The notes below the pieces were generated by a model. That model was not told the DNA's origin, did not search any database, and worked only from the letters and a program-made list of their open reading frames with translations. DNA of 64,000 nt. Origin: Dimorphilus gyrociliatus. Lineage: Eukaryota > Animalia > Annelida. This document shows positions 23,115 to 37,757 of the stretch, one piece after another. Positions within the stretch are counted from its first letter, which is position 1. Each line of letters opens with the position of its first letter. The DNA lies in assembly GCA_904063045.1 (NCBI GenBank), contig CAJFCJ010000020.1, positions 550,916 to 614,915 on the forward strand, written 5' to 3'. The position numbers and the translations under genes are program-made.

Positions 23115-23755
23115 ATTTTTGGTATGTTATCAAGTTACATAGTTCAATGTATAGTATGTATAGTTAAGAAGCAACAATTTTTCAGAGCAATTCTTTTTAT
23201 AGCAAAATAATACATAGATAACATAAGGATACAAATTTACATAATAGACTGGTACATATGTATATAGATGCATTGATAAAGTGATATATTTTTTAAATTC
23301 TCTTTACAAGGTCGGCTAAATAATTTCTTTCTTTTTTTTCAGCCATTTTACTTTTCTTTTTAAAAAAAAAACAAAGAAAAAATAAAACTATATTAGTATT
23401 TCCCAATAAATCAGACAATTTCATCACAAAAGTTAAAGAGTATTCAAAATACTTAAATTTAATATATATATATATATATATATATGTATAGTATATTTAT
23501 TCTTATCAATTTTAAAGCTCGTTTTCTCTTTTCGTTCAATTATTAATTCAATTTGTTTTATATAATTGTTTAATTCATTATTCAATTTCTTTTTTTTTAA
23601 AGTCTAGGTTTTGTTTTTACTGTAATTTTTTTAATAATTTTTTTCATGCTTTTTCTTTGCTGGGATAATAAAAAAAATACACAAAAGATAAAATACAAGA
23701 AGACATTTGTTTTGTTTTTTTTTTCCATTTTTCTTTTCAAAAAGAGTAGCTTGGT

Positions 23756-26700
23756 CTACCATGGGAATACATCTGGATGATAAGCTTTAACTGAAGCTAG
23801 AACTAAGTAGAGAAGCCATAATATTATCAGAAAGATACTAGATAAGACTTTTCCCACAGTGGATCCTCCTAATTCTCCTCCTACGAACTATTTTTTAAAG
23901 AAAAGATCAGATTTTGCGTTTTCTACTGTAGTTTATACTTACTCTCCGCCGAAGAAGCAGCAAAATTATACATAGAGTACCAAAAATAGTGAAAATCACT
24001 ACAGAAGAGACCAGATTATTTGTCTTCACTTTGAATTCTGTCTTCGTAGCTGCGGCGTAAATGGCGCTTATAACCCATGGTAAACCTAAGCCAAGAAATA
24101 CGTTGACACTGTTACTTCCGGTCACATTGGCTATAGCGGCATCGGCATGTTGATCATTTTGAGCAGCCGATTTTGATGCAAAAGTGTCGGGTAGACTTGT
24201 ACCCAATGCGATTAATGTAATCCCAGCTACGGCTGGCTTAAGTTGAATTACACAACTTAGCAAACCGGAGAGCTGTTCGACAAAGAGTGTTAATCCGCCA
24301 ATAACGAGCACAGAGACGACGAAAGTTGGCCATGCCCCCAGGTATTTTCTAAGTGAAAGAAAATGCATGTACACCCGTGAGTCTTTCTGTATTTTATTAA
24401 ATTACTGAGATGCCTTACGTTGGAGGGATGAAAGCAAAAAGAACTTTCCAGAGAAAAGACAGGAAGTGCATGACGTAGTCACTCCAAGTCATATCGTCAG
24501 CGTCAATAATCATCGCGCTTTTATATAGAGAAAAAAATGTAAACAGATTAGTGATAGATATTAACACAAGCTGTTCTTTAATAAACCGTGTAAATATAAT
24601 GTTAAGTTTTTGGCCTAGAAAAGAACCTTTCAAAGATTTCTATTCAAGATTTTCTTTCTCTCTATCTGTTAGCATATATACAGTATACAGTATGTCTGCC
24701 TGTCTTGTCCTTTCTCTCTCGCTCTCATTCTCTAGCTATCTGTCCTTTCATTACTCTTTCCAATGAGAAGAGAAAATAAAGTAAACTTCTCAAGTGTGTT
24801 TTAAGAGTACCAGCCGAATTTACTTGCCTACTTCACATAAGCATAAAATATTCAATAAATATCAAAGACTCATTAGTTCAGTATGCTAAGGGCACATAAT
24901 AGAAGAATGTTTTTTATGTATGAAAACTATATACTTTTTAAATTGATCAGCCCAACCATCCTCCTTTTCCTCGTCATCTTCAATAATATCTGCTAAATCA
25001 CCTTCAAGTTTATCAGACGAGAGAAATACCATTGCAGAGGCGTGTTTTCCTATTTTGGCTCCAATACTAGGATTTCTTAGACAAACAATGAAATTTTTGT
25101 TCTCCTGTAAGAGTTAAAGGAAAGTAATATTATTAACAGTTAAGAAGGTATAGATAAATATGTGGACATGCACTACGTAAAAGGAAAATAAAGGCCTTCT
25201 ATTTATGCTATTAAGTCATTTTACGAAATTGATCGCTTATTTTTAGCTAAGAATTAAGTAAATATATATAATATATCACAGGATAAATGACGTAGTATAT
25301 ATTTTCTATAATCCATTGAAGGATTCTTAAAGTTTGATTGAATTCGCTATTAAAATTAGTTACTTTAGAAGATTTGTTAATTTCAAATCTTATCTTCTTG
25401 CTAGTTTCTTCGTTTCCAAAGTCTATCTCTTCATCAAATGTTACGTAGTCTACTCCATCTTCAATCTTTTCACCGCCTTTTGCAGTGCCATCACTGTTTC
25501 AACGTTAATTAGTTAACTTAATTAGCAATTTTCTTTCTTTTGATCCAGCTAAATGTACTTACAGGGTCAAACATTCAACTGTAACCTTCCCATCTGCGCC
25601 ATTTTTCCTAACAATGGTTACAGAAACAGATCCATCGGAACCACCGTAATACTGAACTTTTTCAAACTCAAATTCACCTGGTTCTATAGAAAATACATAA
25701 AGGAGAGGCTTGTAATAAACAAGTACTTTTTTCCCCGTCTAATAATTAATTTCATTTATACCATCGTCATCGATTATTGTCACTCTGGCAATGTTTGGAT
25801 CACCAATGCCAGCATCTCCTTTTGCGTTCTTGAGAAGAACGTAAAAGTCTACATTTCCTTCATATTGAGCATCGTTTATCACTGTAATAGGTATTTTCTT
25901 TTGAAAATCGTTAGGATCAAATTGTAAAGTTCCTCTTGCTGGTTTAAAATCTTTGTCGAATTTTGCTGATCCCTCTCTAGTTTCGTACTCAACAGACACA
26001 ACACCTTTGTGTACTAGTTCACCGTCCATACAAGGCTTAATAACTCCATTCTGAAAGGAAGTTTCCTTTTCTTCCTCATTTTTCAAGCCACCATTCTAAA
26101 TGTCAATCAAAAATTCAATAAGTAAAAAAACGATTTCCTCAAGATAGAAATGGGAAAACTGTACCGGAAGTTTCAAGGTTGATTTTGTCTTTTGCCTGAA
26201 AAAAAGTTAATTAGTGCATCTAGATGTTATATGAGAGTTAGATAGTTTGAAGAAAACTTTCGATACTTACGGTTTTCTTCGATGAAAAAGCACATCAATC
26301 TCGATAATTTCTTTACTCTCTAATACTGAATAACTTGGAGATGCAAAAGTAAATTTACCACATAAATCCTCTGTCAGAAAGAAATGGAAAAGTTCTTTTA
26401 AAGCGATTATTTTAAATAAAACAGATAATTAAAAAAATAAAAAAAAAACAAAGTGCAAAAAATAATTGATTTTATATCTTTTCTCGTCAGAGCAGGCAAT
26501 AGAGCATTATTCATGTTCTATTATCACTTTTTTCAGTTCAAAACGTAAAAAAACAGGTATTGGAAAATATGAAGGTGGGTGGATAAAAGACGGAAGGACA
26601 GACAGAGAGAGAAAGAGGACGGGAGGAGGGGGACTTGAGAACTAATGGGAGAAAGGGAATTCAAGTAATATATAATATTAAGGTGAAATTTTTGCGATCA

Positions 26701-29700
26701 TACGAAAAAAATCTATAATTATGGTTTTTATTATCTTTGCACTTTTTTTTCTTTTTGTTCATAAGAGGTATAAAAAGATAATTATTCTCTTATGCTCCTT
26801 ATATATATATATATATATATTTCCTTATATAAATTCATATATAAATTTATACTGTATATATATAATTTATATATGTATATATTATGATTATTCAAATGAA
26901 ACAAAATTTGAAAATATAAGAAAAAACGTAGTTTTTAATAATAATAAAATTATTAAAAAAAAGCAATAAAAAATTTAAAAAACACTAAATGTGTATATTT
27001 TCTAGAAATAAAGATTTTTTTTAAATGATTTTTGTTTTTTTAAAAAAAAAATTAGTTAAGGAAAAATAAACTATATTATTTTAATATTTCTTTGTGAATG
27101 TATAAAAAAAAATGTGTTAACTAAATTGTGTTTGAATTAGATAACTTTTAAAATACTTTAAATATTCTTTCATAGTGTTTTCTGTTTGTTTTTGTGTTTT
27201 ATTTTTATTTATTTTTTTTACCTAGCTTCTTCTGTCTCTCTTCCTCTGGATTAGAAGAAATTTGTCAGTATGTAGAATATACGACATGTATATCATTAAT
27301 GTATAAAACTAATTAATTATATTCTAAGTAGATTATAAAAAAGATACTATATAGATTTTAGAAGTATACTCTTTACTGAGATTTATACATAGGATTGATA
27401 CTTAAATTTTTGTCAATAAAATCCCAAATGGTATATTTCGATTGAAATTTACAATAAAATTCCCTACATTGATCTTTAGATGGGAATGATACCATTATTA
27501 ATAAACAAGTAATGGCTTGTTTTCAGAACCTAAGAGAAAATAGTATGGAAACTATCTTCTTTTGTCATAGATTATTTAAACTAGAACCCCATAAAATAAT
27601 TTATATACATAAATTTATATATATATATATATTTCTATACCATTTCGAAAGGGCATATCCCTGTCCTGAATTGCCTGAACCGCGTCTACCATTTTGATTT
27701 TTGAGTGTTGATCTTTTGAATGAGATACTGCTGAATGCTTTTTTCCAGTCATTGATCTTACTACTAGATGTCGAAATCTGGTTAGGAAAAGTAAGGTAAT
27801 GAGTTGAAAATCAAAACTATAAGACTAGTTGAATAGTAATAAAAAAAGACTTTCTGTAATAATAAGTATATCAAATATAACATATTAATATACTATATTA
27901 CTAATAAAAATCAAGTTATTCGTTCTATTGTTTATTCATAATTAAGAAATTAGTTAATTAGGTCATAGATTTGAGAGTGCAATCGAGCGTGCACATCAAT
28001 CAATCGATAACCAATTAAATATATACAAAACTTTGATAATGCTAATCAATAAACGATTTTATTATGTGAAGAACTTTGTCCGGAATAGGTTTTTTTCTAT
28101 TATATTTTCTTAAATCAATAAACGTTTTACGCGGTTGCGTGCCATTATTTCAAGGCTTACAATTCTTAAAAAAAAGTCTAATTTATTTAATTATAAACTA
28201 TTTTTTATTACTCTAATCCCTATATTCATAAAAACAAAAGACAATAAAGAAAAGAATTAGCTTATTGAAATATCGGGGAGAGGAAAAGATACACTAATAT
28301 CGACTTATAGAATGAAAGAAGGATGGAAAAAGTTTTTAATAGTTGTCGTAATGTATAGATATTTTCCACTTCGTCTGCCATAAATACACAAAGTATTAAG
28401 AGAAGGAACAATGAAAGTGAGATCTTGAAAAACCTACATATCTAATAGATCGTGCATATTTTATTAACTTGATTACTTCTAATGCAGTTTGACGAAATAT
28501 ATCTATCCATTGAGTTGACAGAGAACATTTAATGTTGAAAACAGTTTACACATGAATAAATTATATTCTATACTTGGCTAAAAAAATTACAAATTAAGTC
28601 TACACAAGTCGTTACATTAAGGAAATGACAACAATTATTCACCTGAACCGGTTGCTGGATTAATTATAAAAAAGATATATATATATATATAAAGTGATGC
28701 ACATATATATATATATGTGTATGTATATACATGTAAATATATATATATAGATATATATATATACATAGTAAAAAAGAAACAGTATAATAAATTATAGACA
28801 GTTATTAAGTATAGTACTACTAAAAAAATAGATAAACTATAAAAATATTCAAGGAAAGTACGCAGCATTATTCAAAAACATTAATATATATATTATACGG
28901 GTATGTACAATTTATGGTTCATACGCCATTAATATAAACATTTCGTGCCTTGTGTCCTAGATTTTATTATTTAATTTACATTTGCTATATTATATCTACA
29001 CAGTATACTTTATTGACTATATTAAGACTATTAAATTTTTATAAGATCAAACTAATAGTTGATCAAAGAAGATTGTTGGTTAAATTTTCAATATCATCTT
29101 TTCAACAGGTATTTAGTTTATCAGCCCTACTATATTACTACTAGACTTTGCTAAAACAAACGTAAGCGAGGGAGAAAAAAGGAAAAAAAGGTTGTTAATT
29201 CTTGAATTGTTTGACTCGAGTATATCAAGCAAGCTAAATACATAATATTAAATATTAAAGAAACATTTCAATTGATTTAGGATAATATACTTAGAAGTAG
29301 TTTACTAACGTATTAAACTAAAAAAAAGCAATAAATTTGTGAATTTTTGCAATATTTAAAGAATTGGAAACGTATCCTTTAAAGTCATAAATACTTAAAT
29401 AAATCATAGTTTGTTCTTTTTTTATAGATATACTTTATCAGAAAAAGAAAAAAGATAAAGAAATGGTGTTAATCTCCTATTAATACGATATATATCAGTG
29501 TAAGAAGAAGGAGAAAACTACGGTTTTTTATTTCAATTTTCATAAATGATTTATAGCGTGTTTAGGCTAACCTTTCAAAGACAATTAGCCTGGTTCCTAA
29601 ACTTTTATATATATATATATATGCATATATACAAAAATACAATTTCCAGACTATATAACAATAAATACTTTATAAGAATAGGCTTATAAATAATAAAGAA

Positions 29701-32700
29701 TAATTTAAAGAATTATTTTCACTATAATTTCAAATTGTTTATATATAAATTATTGAAAATTATATAGAATTAAGGACTATGAATGTAAGTACATATTCAC
29801 TCTTTTTGCAATAGTTATAGTTTAATAATTTGTGCTAAATTAATATAAATTGTATAGTTTCATTTCCGTTTTATACTATTAATTATTCTTAATAAAAAAA
29901 AATTATTGCTACTGAAAATTATACTGGTATTGCACGCTAGATTTGGATTATAGGGAATGATTTCATTTAATGCTTACCTTGCCCGTGACGTATTTGATTG
30001 AACAATACTGTTTTCTCTAATTCTCATGACTGAATTCGCTCTTGAACTTTCAGACGAAATATCGTCTTTCATTAAACTGTAAATAGTAAAAGAAAATACA
30101 TTAAAAATTCTTAAGTAACTGTTTGTTTAGTAAGCAATTTTAAGATTCATTCTCTATGTATGCACTACACATAGGATTCTTTTTTATATAGAAGCTATTT
30201 TCAAAGGTGATTAATAACAATGAAATGAGTGCAGTTTTTCCTACAGTATTTGAAAAATAATCCATTTATTGGACACTCCTCTATACATTAAATATTATAG
30301 AATAATGTCTTCTGCGTGCATTGCAGAAGTGTTGGTAAAGGGAAAAAGTGCTTTAAGTAGTCATTTATTCGATGAAATATCTTCAGAGAATGATCCTTTC
30401 ATTAATTGCCATTAAACATACGAACGTATGTCTAAATTTGGCATAATTTTAAAAGCTTTTCCTTCTAAATTTATAACACTTTTAATGCCTTCTCTTTCAT
30501 ATTCTTTGAACAGAAAAGAAACTAGAAAAATTTCTATTAAAAGATGGGAAAAATTAAAAAAAAGAACTGTAAGATAAAGTAGAAAATTTAGCTAAAGAGA
30601 AATAAAAACACAAGTGATATATATACTAATACATCCGTCATTTTTTAACCTCTTTTAATTATATATAAAAACGTTTTTAAAGTGGGAAAATGTGAAATGT
30701 ATAAAACAAAAAAAGTATAAAAAAACAAAACAATCTAAGCTAAAGAGATTGTTCATTCTTTCTTCGTTTTATAAGTTGTGTGAAAAAAGTTTTAGCTTTT
30801 CAAGTAAAAAAAATAAGATACAGTATATAGGACAAATTGAAAATAATAAAAAATAAAACAAAGGCAGATTCTATACAGTAATTGGTTTATATTTTAATTT
30901 TTTTTGTTTGTTTTTGGAGTATTAAAGCTAGGAAACTGTGAGAAACTTACTCCGTCTGGCTGTTCCTTATACTAGCTTTACTGAAAATTATCACAAGTTT
31001 TAATTAATTTATGTTTTTTTTCCATTTTGTTTTTGGAATTTTAAAAAGATTTTTAATTAAAATATTAATTAAATAAATAAATACTATAAATATAATATTA
31101 TTAAAGAAAAAATACAATTAATATATGAAATAAATATCTTAATACCATAAAAGAAATAATATTATATCAACAATTTTGTTATAAAACTCTACTATAAAGT
31201 TTTTGAACTATTCAGCTTGAATAAGACGAATTATCGACAGCTTACAGTGATTATAGCCTACAAGTCTATTCTAATTAACAAGCTTACCCCCTACCCTCCT
31301 CTCGACCTATACTCTCAACCGCGCCTATCGCACCTACCCCACCGCAAGTTTCACTTATTTGCATTTATGTTCTAGTAATCTTTTGTATCTATAAAAGCAT
31401 TGTAATTACTAGAATTGGATTTTACATTATAGACGAAACGAAATAATAGAAGGAAATATACAGTTGTTTTTTTTACTAGTAAAGCTATAAAATACATTAT
31501 ATAACTTTTAGGCTTAAAGAAAATTGAAAAACTGTTAATAAACTACGTTATATATTCTATTCTATTTTTTTCTCTTCTTATTATACTTTAAATGAAGCGC
31601 AGTAGAAAGTGTTTTTTTATTGAAAATCAAAAAGTATATTTCGTAAAGCTGTTAATGTTGTAAACATTGGTAGAAATTTCACACTCTGCTCACCGACCGA
31701 TCGTTAACTTTTATATTTATTGTCGCTCTATTCTCGACTGACACAATATTACTTTATCGATGAAATAAAACTTTTGCTTTTTTTTTATAATTTTCCCTTT
31801 TTTTTTTTTAAAAAAAATTGTTCTTTCTTTTTTTTTTTAATGTTCAATAAAATAAGTATTATAGAGATATTAATAAATATAATAAGAATAATTTGTTTTA
31901 TAGGAAATTTACCTTATTCGTCTTTCCTTCTGAATTTGTTGAAATTCTTTAGCGAATTCTGGCATAACGCTTTTCCTTCTTGTATTTGATTGAAGGATTC
32001 TTAGCTATACGTCGGTAGATGAAGAGAGATGATTGATGAGAGTTTTAATTGTAGTAATAAAAAAAAAGAAATAAATTAGTTAATTTATATTGCAGTATCT
32101 TTAATTAATCGTATTTCAACATAAATGTGCTAATGCATAAAGAAACTGTTTAATAACGGAGATCAATATTTTAATTTGCTCATCAAAGGCATAGCATTCA
32201 GGGTTGTTGCCTAGATACCATACAGACTGTCCTTATTTTGTATTACTAGTGATCACTATTAACACCAAGCATATTTGTAACTTTCATTTCTATTTATTTT
32301 TTTATTGTTTTGTAGTATCCAGTTGAGATATTCGATTGAAAGTGTTATTCGTATAATTGCTTCTAATAGGCCTTTGATAGATATATCGTAAAACGATTTA
32401 TTTCTGGTATCGACAGAAAATCATTAGCTAATCTATAACGTTTACGTTTAGTTTCGTATAAACGGAAATTTACATACTATTTTGAAAAACTAAAAATGAC
32501 CTTAACAGGCTTTAAATCAATCAAAAATTATTGTTCTCCTTCTTTTATTTCATTATTTTATCATTTTACACTCCACTGTAATTTTTCAATTGCCCTGAAC
32601 TGTATATATACGATTAATTAAGGACCCTTTACGCTGTGCCTATCAATTATTGTTTAATATGATACGTGATAAGTTCGCAATAAAGTGTTTAAACGGTGAT

Positions 32701-33144
32701 TAACTCAAAAGAAAAATTATTGATGTGTCTACCGCAAAATAAAATAAAAAACAATACTGCAAAACGAAAGATAAACATATCAAAAATAATATTAAAAATT
32801 AACGTTCAAGGATAATATGTTTATTAAAGTTTATACTATGCGTTTATAGTTTCTTAATGATAATATTTTAAAAGCCATACAAAAACATAAACTATATTTA
32901 TATAATTCAAGCGCCAAAACAGAATGACAATAAAGAAAATGTCAATAATAACAGTGCTAAGAAAAATATTCCCTCCTTCCCTTCATACTCACTTATACGC
33001 AATATGTACAAGTGTATATGTTATCGGATTTTTTGAAATTATTAGAGATAATCCGCATAAAAATATCAAGAAGGGAGAGGAAGCTGATAGAAACGCTAGG
33101 CACGCACACTGACATATATAGAAAAGAGTATATCATATATATAT

Positions 33145-33182
<38 letters not shown>

Positions 33183-35748
33183 TTGATATTAAGCCTTATT
33201 CTTGTTTTTACTCTGCTTTTCCGTTTATATTTTATACTTACAGTGAATAATCTCTGTTTAAAACGACGAATTTGTTTCGTTTGTAAAGAGAAAATTAATT
33301 CAAAAAGAAATATATATATATAAATTTATATATATATATATATTAAAAGTTATAGAAAAACGTTATTAATAATAGACATTAATATATGCATTGAAGATAT
33401 ACATATCTTTATTAATTATCATTAATAATTAATAAAAATGTATAGTATACTTATATTGATTAGTGAAATCTTAGATAATATTAATAATTGCAAATTGTAT
33501 GATGTTTTACTCTATATGAATTAAGTATCATCTTTCATACTTTGATATAAGAATAAGGGCTAAAAAGGTAGGGAATTGAAGTTTTTTATTACTTAGTCGT
33601 AATCAAGGCGTTATCTATATGATCATTTACGTTTTAAATATGATATTTACGTATAATTCATAATAATATTAATAATGGTCATAATTTTTTTCTCCTTCTT
33701 TTAGCGCAAAAATCAGTAACAAGTTATTAAAAAATCAACATATAATTATTAGAGTACTTGTTATATATTCCTTTTATTTTAACCATATTTCTGCTTTAAG
33801 CACTATTGATTTAACATTTTATATAAAGCATGAAAAGAATATAGTAAAACCTAATATTAGGTTTTTGAGCTATATATATAGCTATATATATTTAGAATAT
33901 ATTATTATTTTTATATTAATTTTCTATTCTAAATTCTATTAAAACTTAAAGAAAATTAACAGAATAAGAGAATTTATTAATCAACTTGAATAATTTACCG
34001 ATATCTTATATAAACGATCTTTTCTATTACTCTATAAACAAATTAGAAAATTGCGTCTAATCTTAACTCTTTACACCTTTTGTTCTTTTTTATTTAATGA
34101 GAGAAAATGAAGGGAGAGAAAAGAGAAGTTCAGGTGTATTTGAGAGCGTAATTGGCGAGTTGAACACGTTCAAATCACATTATGGTCTGTTCAAACAAAA
34201 TTCTAAGGCATGAAAAGAAGGCGAAACTTATAAGTATTAAAATATACGATCGAACAACTTTTTCAAAGCCAATATAAAAAATTCTAACAGCTACAGTAAC
34301 GGATTAATATTGTTTAGATGTGTTTATAGGTTGGCCCCATTTAAGTGGACAGATATAATGTATTTGACCAAATGTCTTCACCCGCTATTTGTTAATACAC
34401 ACAGACATATAGATATATATTAATATACAATATCTATAACGCTCTATATATGTGTATACTAAAATGACAAACTAGATAATCTGATAAATATGTTATTAGT
34501 CTATCAAGTTTTTATGAAAACATCATTTTTTTCTTATAAATTATTCTACTTTATAAGATTATGAGAAAAATGTAAATAAATTATTGTTTAGTTATCAATA
34601 TCGACTTTTAATGTATAAAATAATATATACAGTATATATATACTTTATATTCAAGATCTACCGATCAAAGTTAGATACTCTCTTTTTTATCCCTTCACTT
34701 AATAACCTGCTTACTAAAGATATTCTCGTCCGAATAATAACTTTTGTCATCATTCGCTTTTTTCCCAATTGTATAACACTATTATAGAATATAAAGAATC
34801 TCTAAAGTTCTTTCATTCTACCGCAAATATAAAAGTAAAAGTTGAAACCATACATTAAACTCCTAGTTTCGTGTCTGCTGAAACGATTGCCTTAGCTCAT
34901 TAACGTAATCAAATAATCTGAAACGTAGTTAACGACGACTATTTCCATGCAAAACCTCAAAAAAAAAACGCTTTCCTTGTTAACTCTTACAGTAGCAAAA
35001 AAAGAAAGTTGAAACAAACCGATTGAGTCCTTTCGACGTCCACAGAACTCTTATGGCATTTGTATATCCAGAAACCATTATCCATCGCATAAGCTGTAAG
35101 AACCATTAAAGGAAAGAATGCGAACGTCACCCAAGCTTCCCACATGTCAATTACGCCTGGTGTCGAAAACCTTACTACAATCAACATCCATATATAAGCG
35201 AAAATCGACCAAACTGATGTTAGAAGAAAGACTCCCAACTCTTTAATTTTCTTCGGCTCACCCCCATCCACCACTAAAATACAAATTGCCGTAATAATTA
35301 ACAGATTAAATGCCGCTGATCCTATAATTGTAAAAGTTCCAAGACCATCTCCTTCATCCTCTTTGCCTAATTTTTGGGCGGTTTCTCCTATAGCTAATAA
35401 GATTTCGGGTGCAGAACTACCGAATGCCATCAAAGTGAGATTAGCCACCGTTTCATTCCATACGAAGACTTCTACCTCTTTTACTTTACCTTCTTCTTCG
35501 TCGTATTTTTTGATTGTTTTCTTCTTGGCTGTTATCGATTCGATCGAGCACATGAACACGTCACTGGCGATCGCTATACCGAGGAATAAATAGATCAAGG
35601 CGACGATATATAGGAATCCACGAACACCTTCGTGCCACAAGTTTTCTGCAGGTAGTAGGAGCCATGATGAGCAATGTTCGTCTCCCGCTTCGACAAATTC
35701 AACAATATATCCTCTCGAGTAATTCGTATAAAAGGTCTCCTTCGACAT
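23756..35748 (-). CDS. Na+/Ca2+ exchanger (SLC8/NCX family) with two Calx-beta domains
   Basis: The alpha-1 repeat [17 protein letters not shown] is in exon 35748-35020, and the alpha-2 repeat [16 protein letters not shown]...[15 protein letters not shown] is near 24200. Linker exons are 32004-31913, 30980-30951, 30076-29978, 28654-28643, ~27778-27641 and 27245-27222. CBD1 and CBD2 exons lie at ~26370-24930. The last exon GGELGG...[10 protein letters not shown] stops at 23756. An extra upstream coding exon cannot be excluded. Confidence 0.93.
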
Positions 35749-36338
35749 ATTAACGAAAGAAATTCTTCGATCCTTCAGCTGCCAATCTGATTTATACCCT
35801 TTTTCCTTACCAGCCTTTTAATACTTATTTCTAATTATATAATCATTTACTAAGTTAGTATCTTTGGGCAAAAGTGTTGGTAAGTATTCAAAAACATAGC
35901 TTAAGATCCTCTCTCACATACATTCACTAGCAAGACTGTTTACTAAATAACTAGGCGCATGAACCGCTCTTATCCCTCAGAACGACACCTAGCGGTGGTT
36001 GCCTTGTCCAAGTAGGATTATACATAGGAAAACTTCGATAATCATAAATTTAGCCTATTAATTTTTGAATATTAGATAATTTCCGTTGCCCTTCCTTACA
36101 CAATTAAATAAACATTATGATAAGGATTTCTTACCCTTTTCTTTAAAACTTATTAAATATATAAAAGGAGTCATGTTTTCCCACCTACAAGGAGTACTGA
36201 GGTCGTTTCCGTAGATACAACCATCAAATGAGTAAGTACAGCAGATGTGTAATACCTTCACTAGTTTATTTCAAAAAATAGTAGCATTTGAGTAATATAG
36301 AAACAAATGGTAAAGAGAATTGTGAGATGGATCAACGT

Positions 36339-37757
36339 TCAATCTACGACATCGTATCCATCGTATGTTTCATATGAATTAGGAACTTCCCGCATATCAT
36401 AACGTCCTTCCATAAACTGATCAGCTAAACGAATACCACCCTCTAAATGTCCATCTGAATAGATATGTATATATTAAATATACTATATTTAAGAATAAAT
36501 GTTAAATACCTTTGGGAAAATTGCAGTTAATACATTTTTTAGCAGTAACATAATTTTCAGCATTACATTTTTTACATTTACTTGTATTGCGTCGATTTAA
36601 AACGGAGGCCTGTAAAGACAAAACAATTTATTAAGAAGTCTATATTTTGTAGTACCGAACTAACCTGTGGAGCTATAGATAAATGTGTATATTGATTCAA
36701 ATTTTCTTCAAGGTTCCTTATAATTTCACATTGGTTTTCATTAATTTTTTCTAATTTAGCTTTTTCTTCAGCGAGTTCCGAAGCCTGAAAAACAATTTCA
36801 TTATTATTAAATTAGAATGGAATTAATCTTCTTATTTTTTCTTACATTTTTACTTAATTTGTTTATTTTTATTTGTTGTTCATGATTAATTCTGTATAAA
36901 TCCGATGTATTCGCATCTCTTATCTGAATGATTAGCGTTTAATAATAAAGCTTGCAAAGTATAGTAATTATATTTATTTTCAAACTTCTTTCGTAGTCGT
37001 CGGAGTCGACTTATCTCCTTTAAGAATTTCTATCTCCAACAATAGCCTCTGCTCATTTTTCATACAAGCTACTAATCTACTTTCAGCCTTATTAGCTCGA
37101 TTATATTCGGTATGGCATTTTTCCTGGAGGTCTTGATATTTACTATTATCTTCTATGGTACAAGACTTTTGGAAGGATAATCTTTCAATTTCAACCTAAG
37201 TTCAATAAACAGACTTAGAGAATATCAAAATACGAAAATAGATTTATATTTTAGTAATATTAATCATCATCATTACTTTTTGTTCTTGAAGTTTATTTTG
37301 TTGCTGTTCAATTATATGTGTAAGATCACTTCGTTCAATCTGTCTCTTCTCAAGTTCTGATATTTGTTTCTAAACGAATATTTACAGAAAAATAATCTCC
37401 CTTTTAGCTACAAAGTATCTTTTCTTACCTTAAGCTGTTTTATTATTGCATCTTTTGATTTGAGAGATTCTAGATGTGTTTTCAACAGTGACAGCTGATC
37501 TGACACAACCTTGAAAGATTTAATAAATGACGGATTGAATATGCCTAATGATTCAATATTCTCTATGGCAGCAACTAGTGTATTAAATGTTTCATTTATC
37601 AATCTTTCGTGTTGTTTCGTTTCTTCACTGTTTTCCTATTTTGATCAAGTATTTCAGAATTTACCTATTTATTCTATTATATCATCATACAAACATTCGA
37701 CATATCTTCCAATTTATACCATGCCGGCACACTATCTACCATATCGGAATCGCTCAT
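36339..37757 (-). CDS. Uncharacterised coiled-coil protein (~320 aa, 8 exons) with a C-terminal RanBP2-type zinc finger
   Basis: Manual splicing gives MSDSDMVDSVPAWYKLEDMSN-ENSEETKQHERLINETF...IIKQLK-KQISELEKRQ...EQK-VEIERL...LRRLRKE-IRDAN...SKN-ASELAEEKAKLE...APQ-ASVLNRRNTSKCKKCNAENYVTAKKCINCNFPK-DGHLEGG...YDVVD*. The spacing C-x2-C-x3-N-x6-C-x2-C is exact. Confidence 0.75.

Noticed and set aside
29372-29380. GTATCCTTT, a U12-type donor consensus
   Set aside because: It is on the + strand, antisense within an NCX intron, with no + strand gene context. Likely chance.
33846-33884. 20-bp perfect palindrome AAAACCTAATATTAGGTTTT next to AGCTATATATATAGCT
   Set aside because: Low-complexity AT-rich sequence where such palindromes arise readily. 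No further structure.
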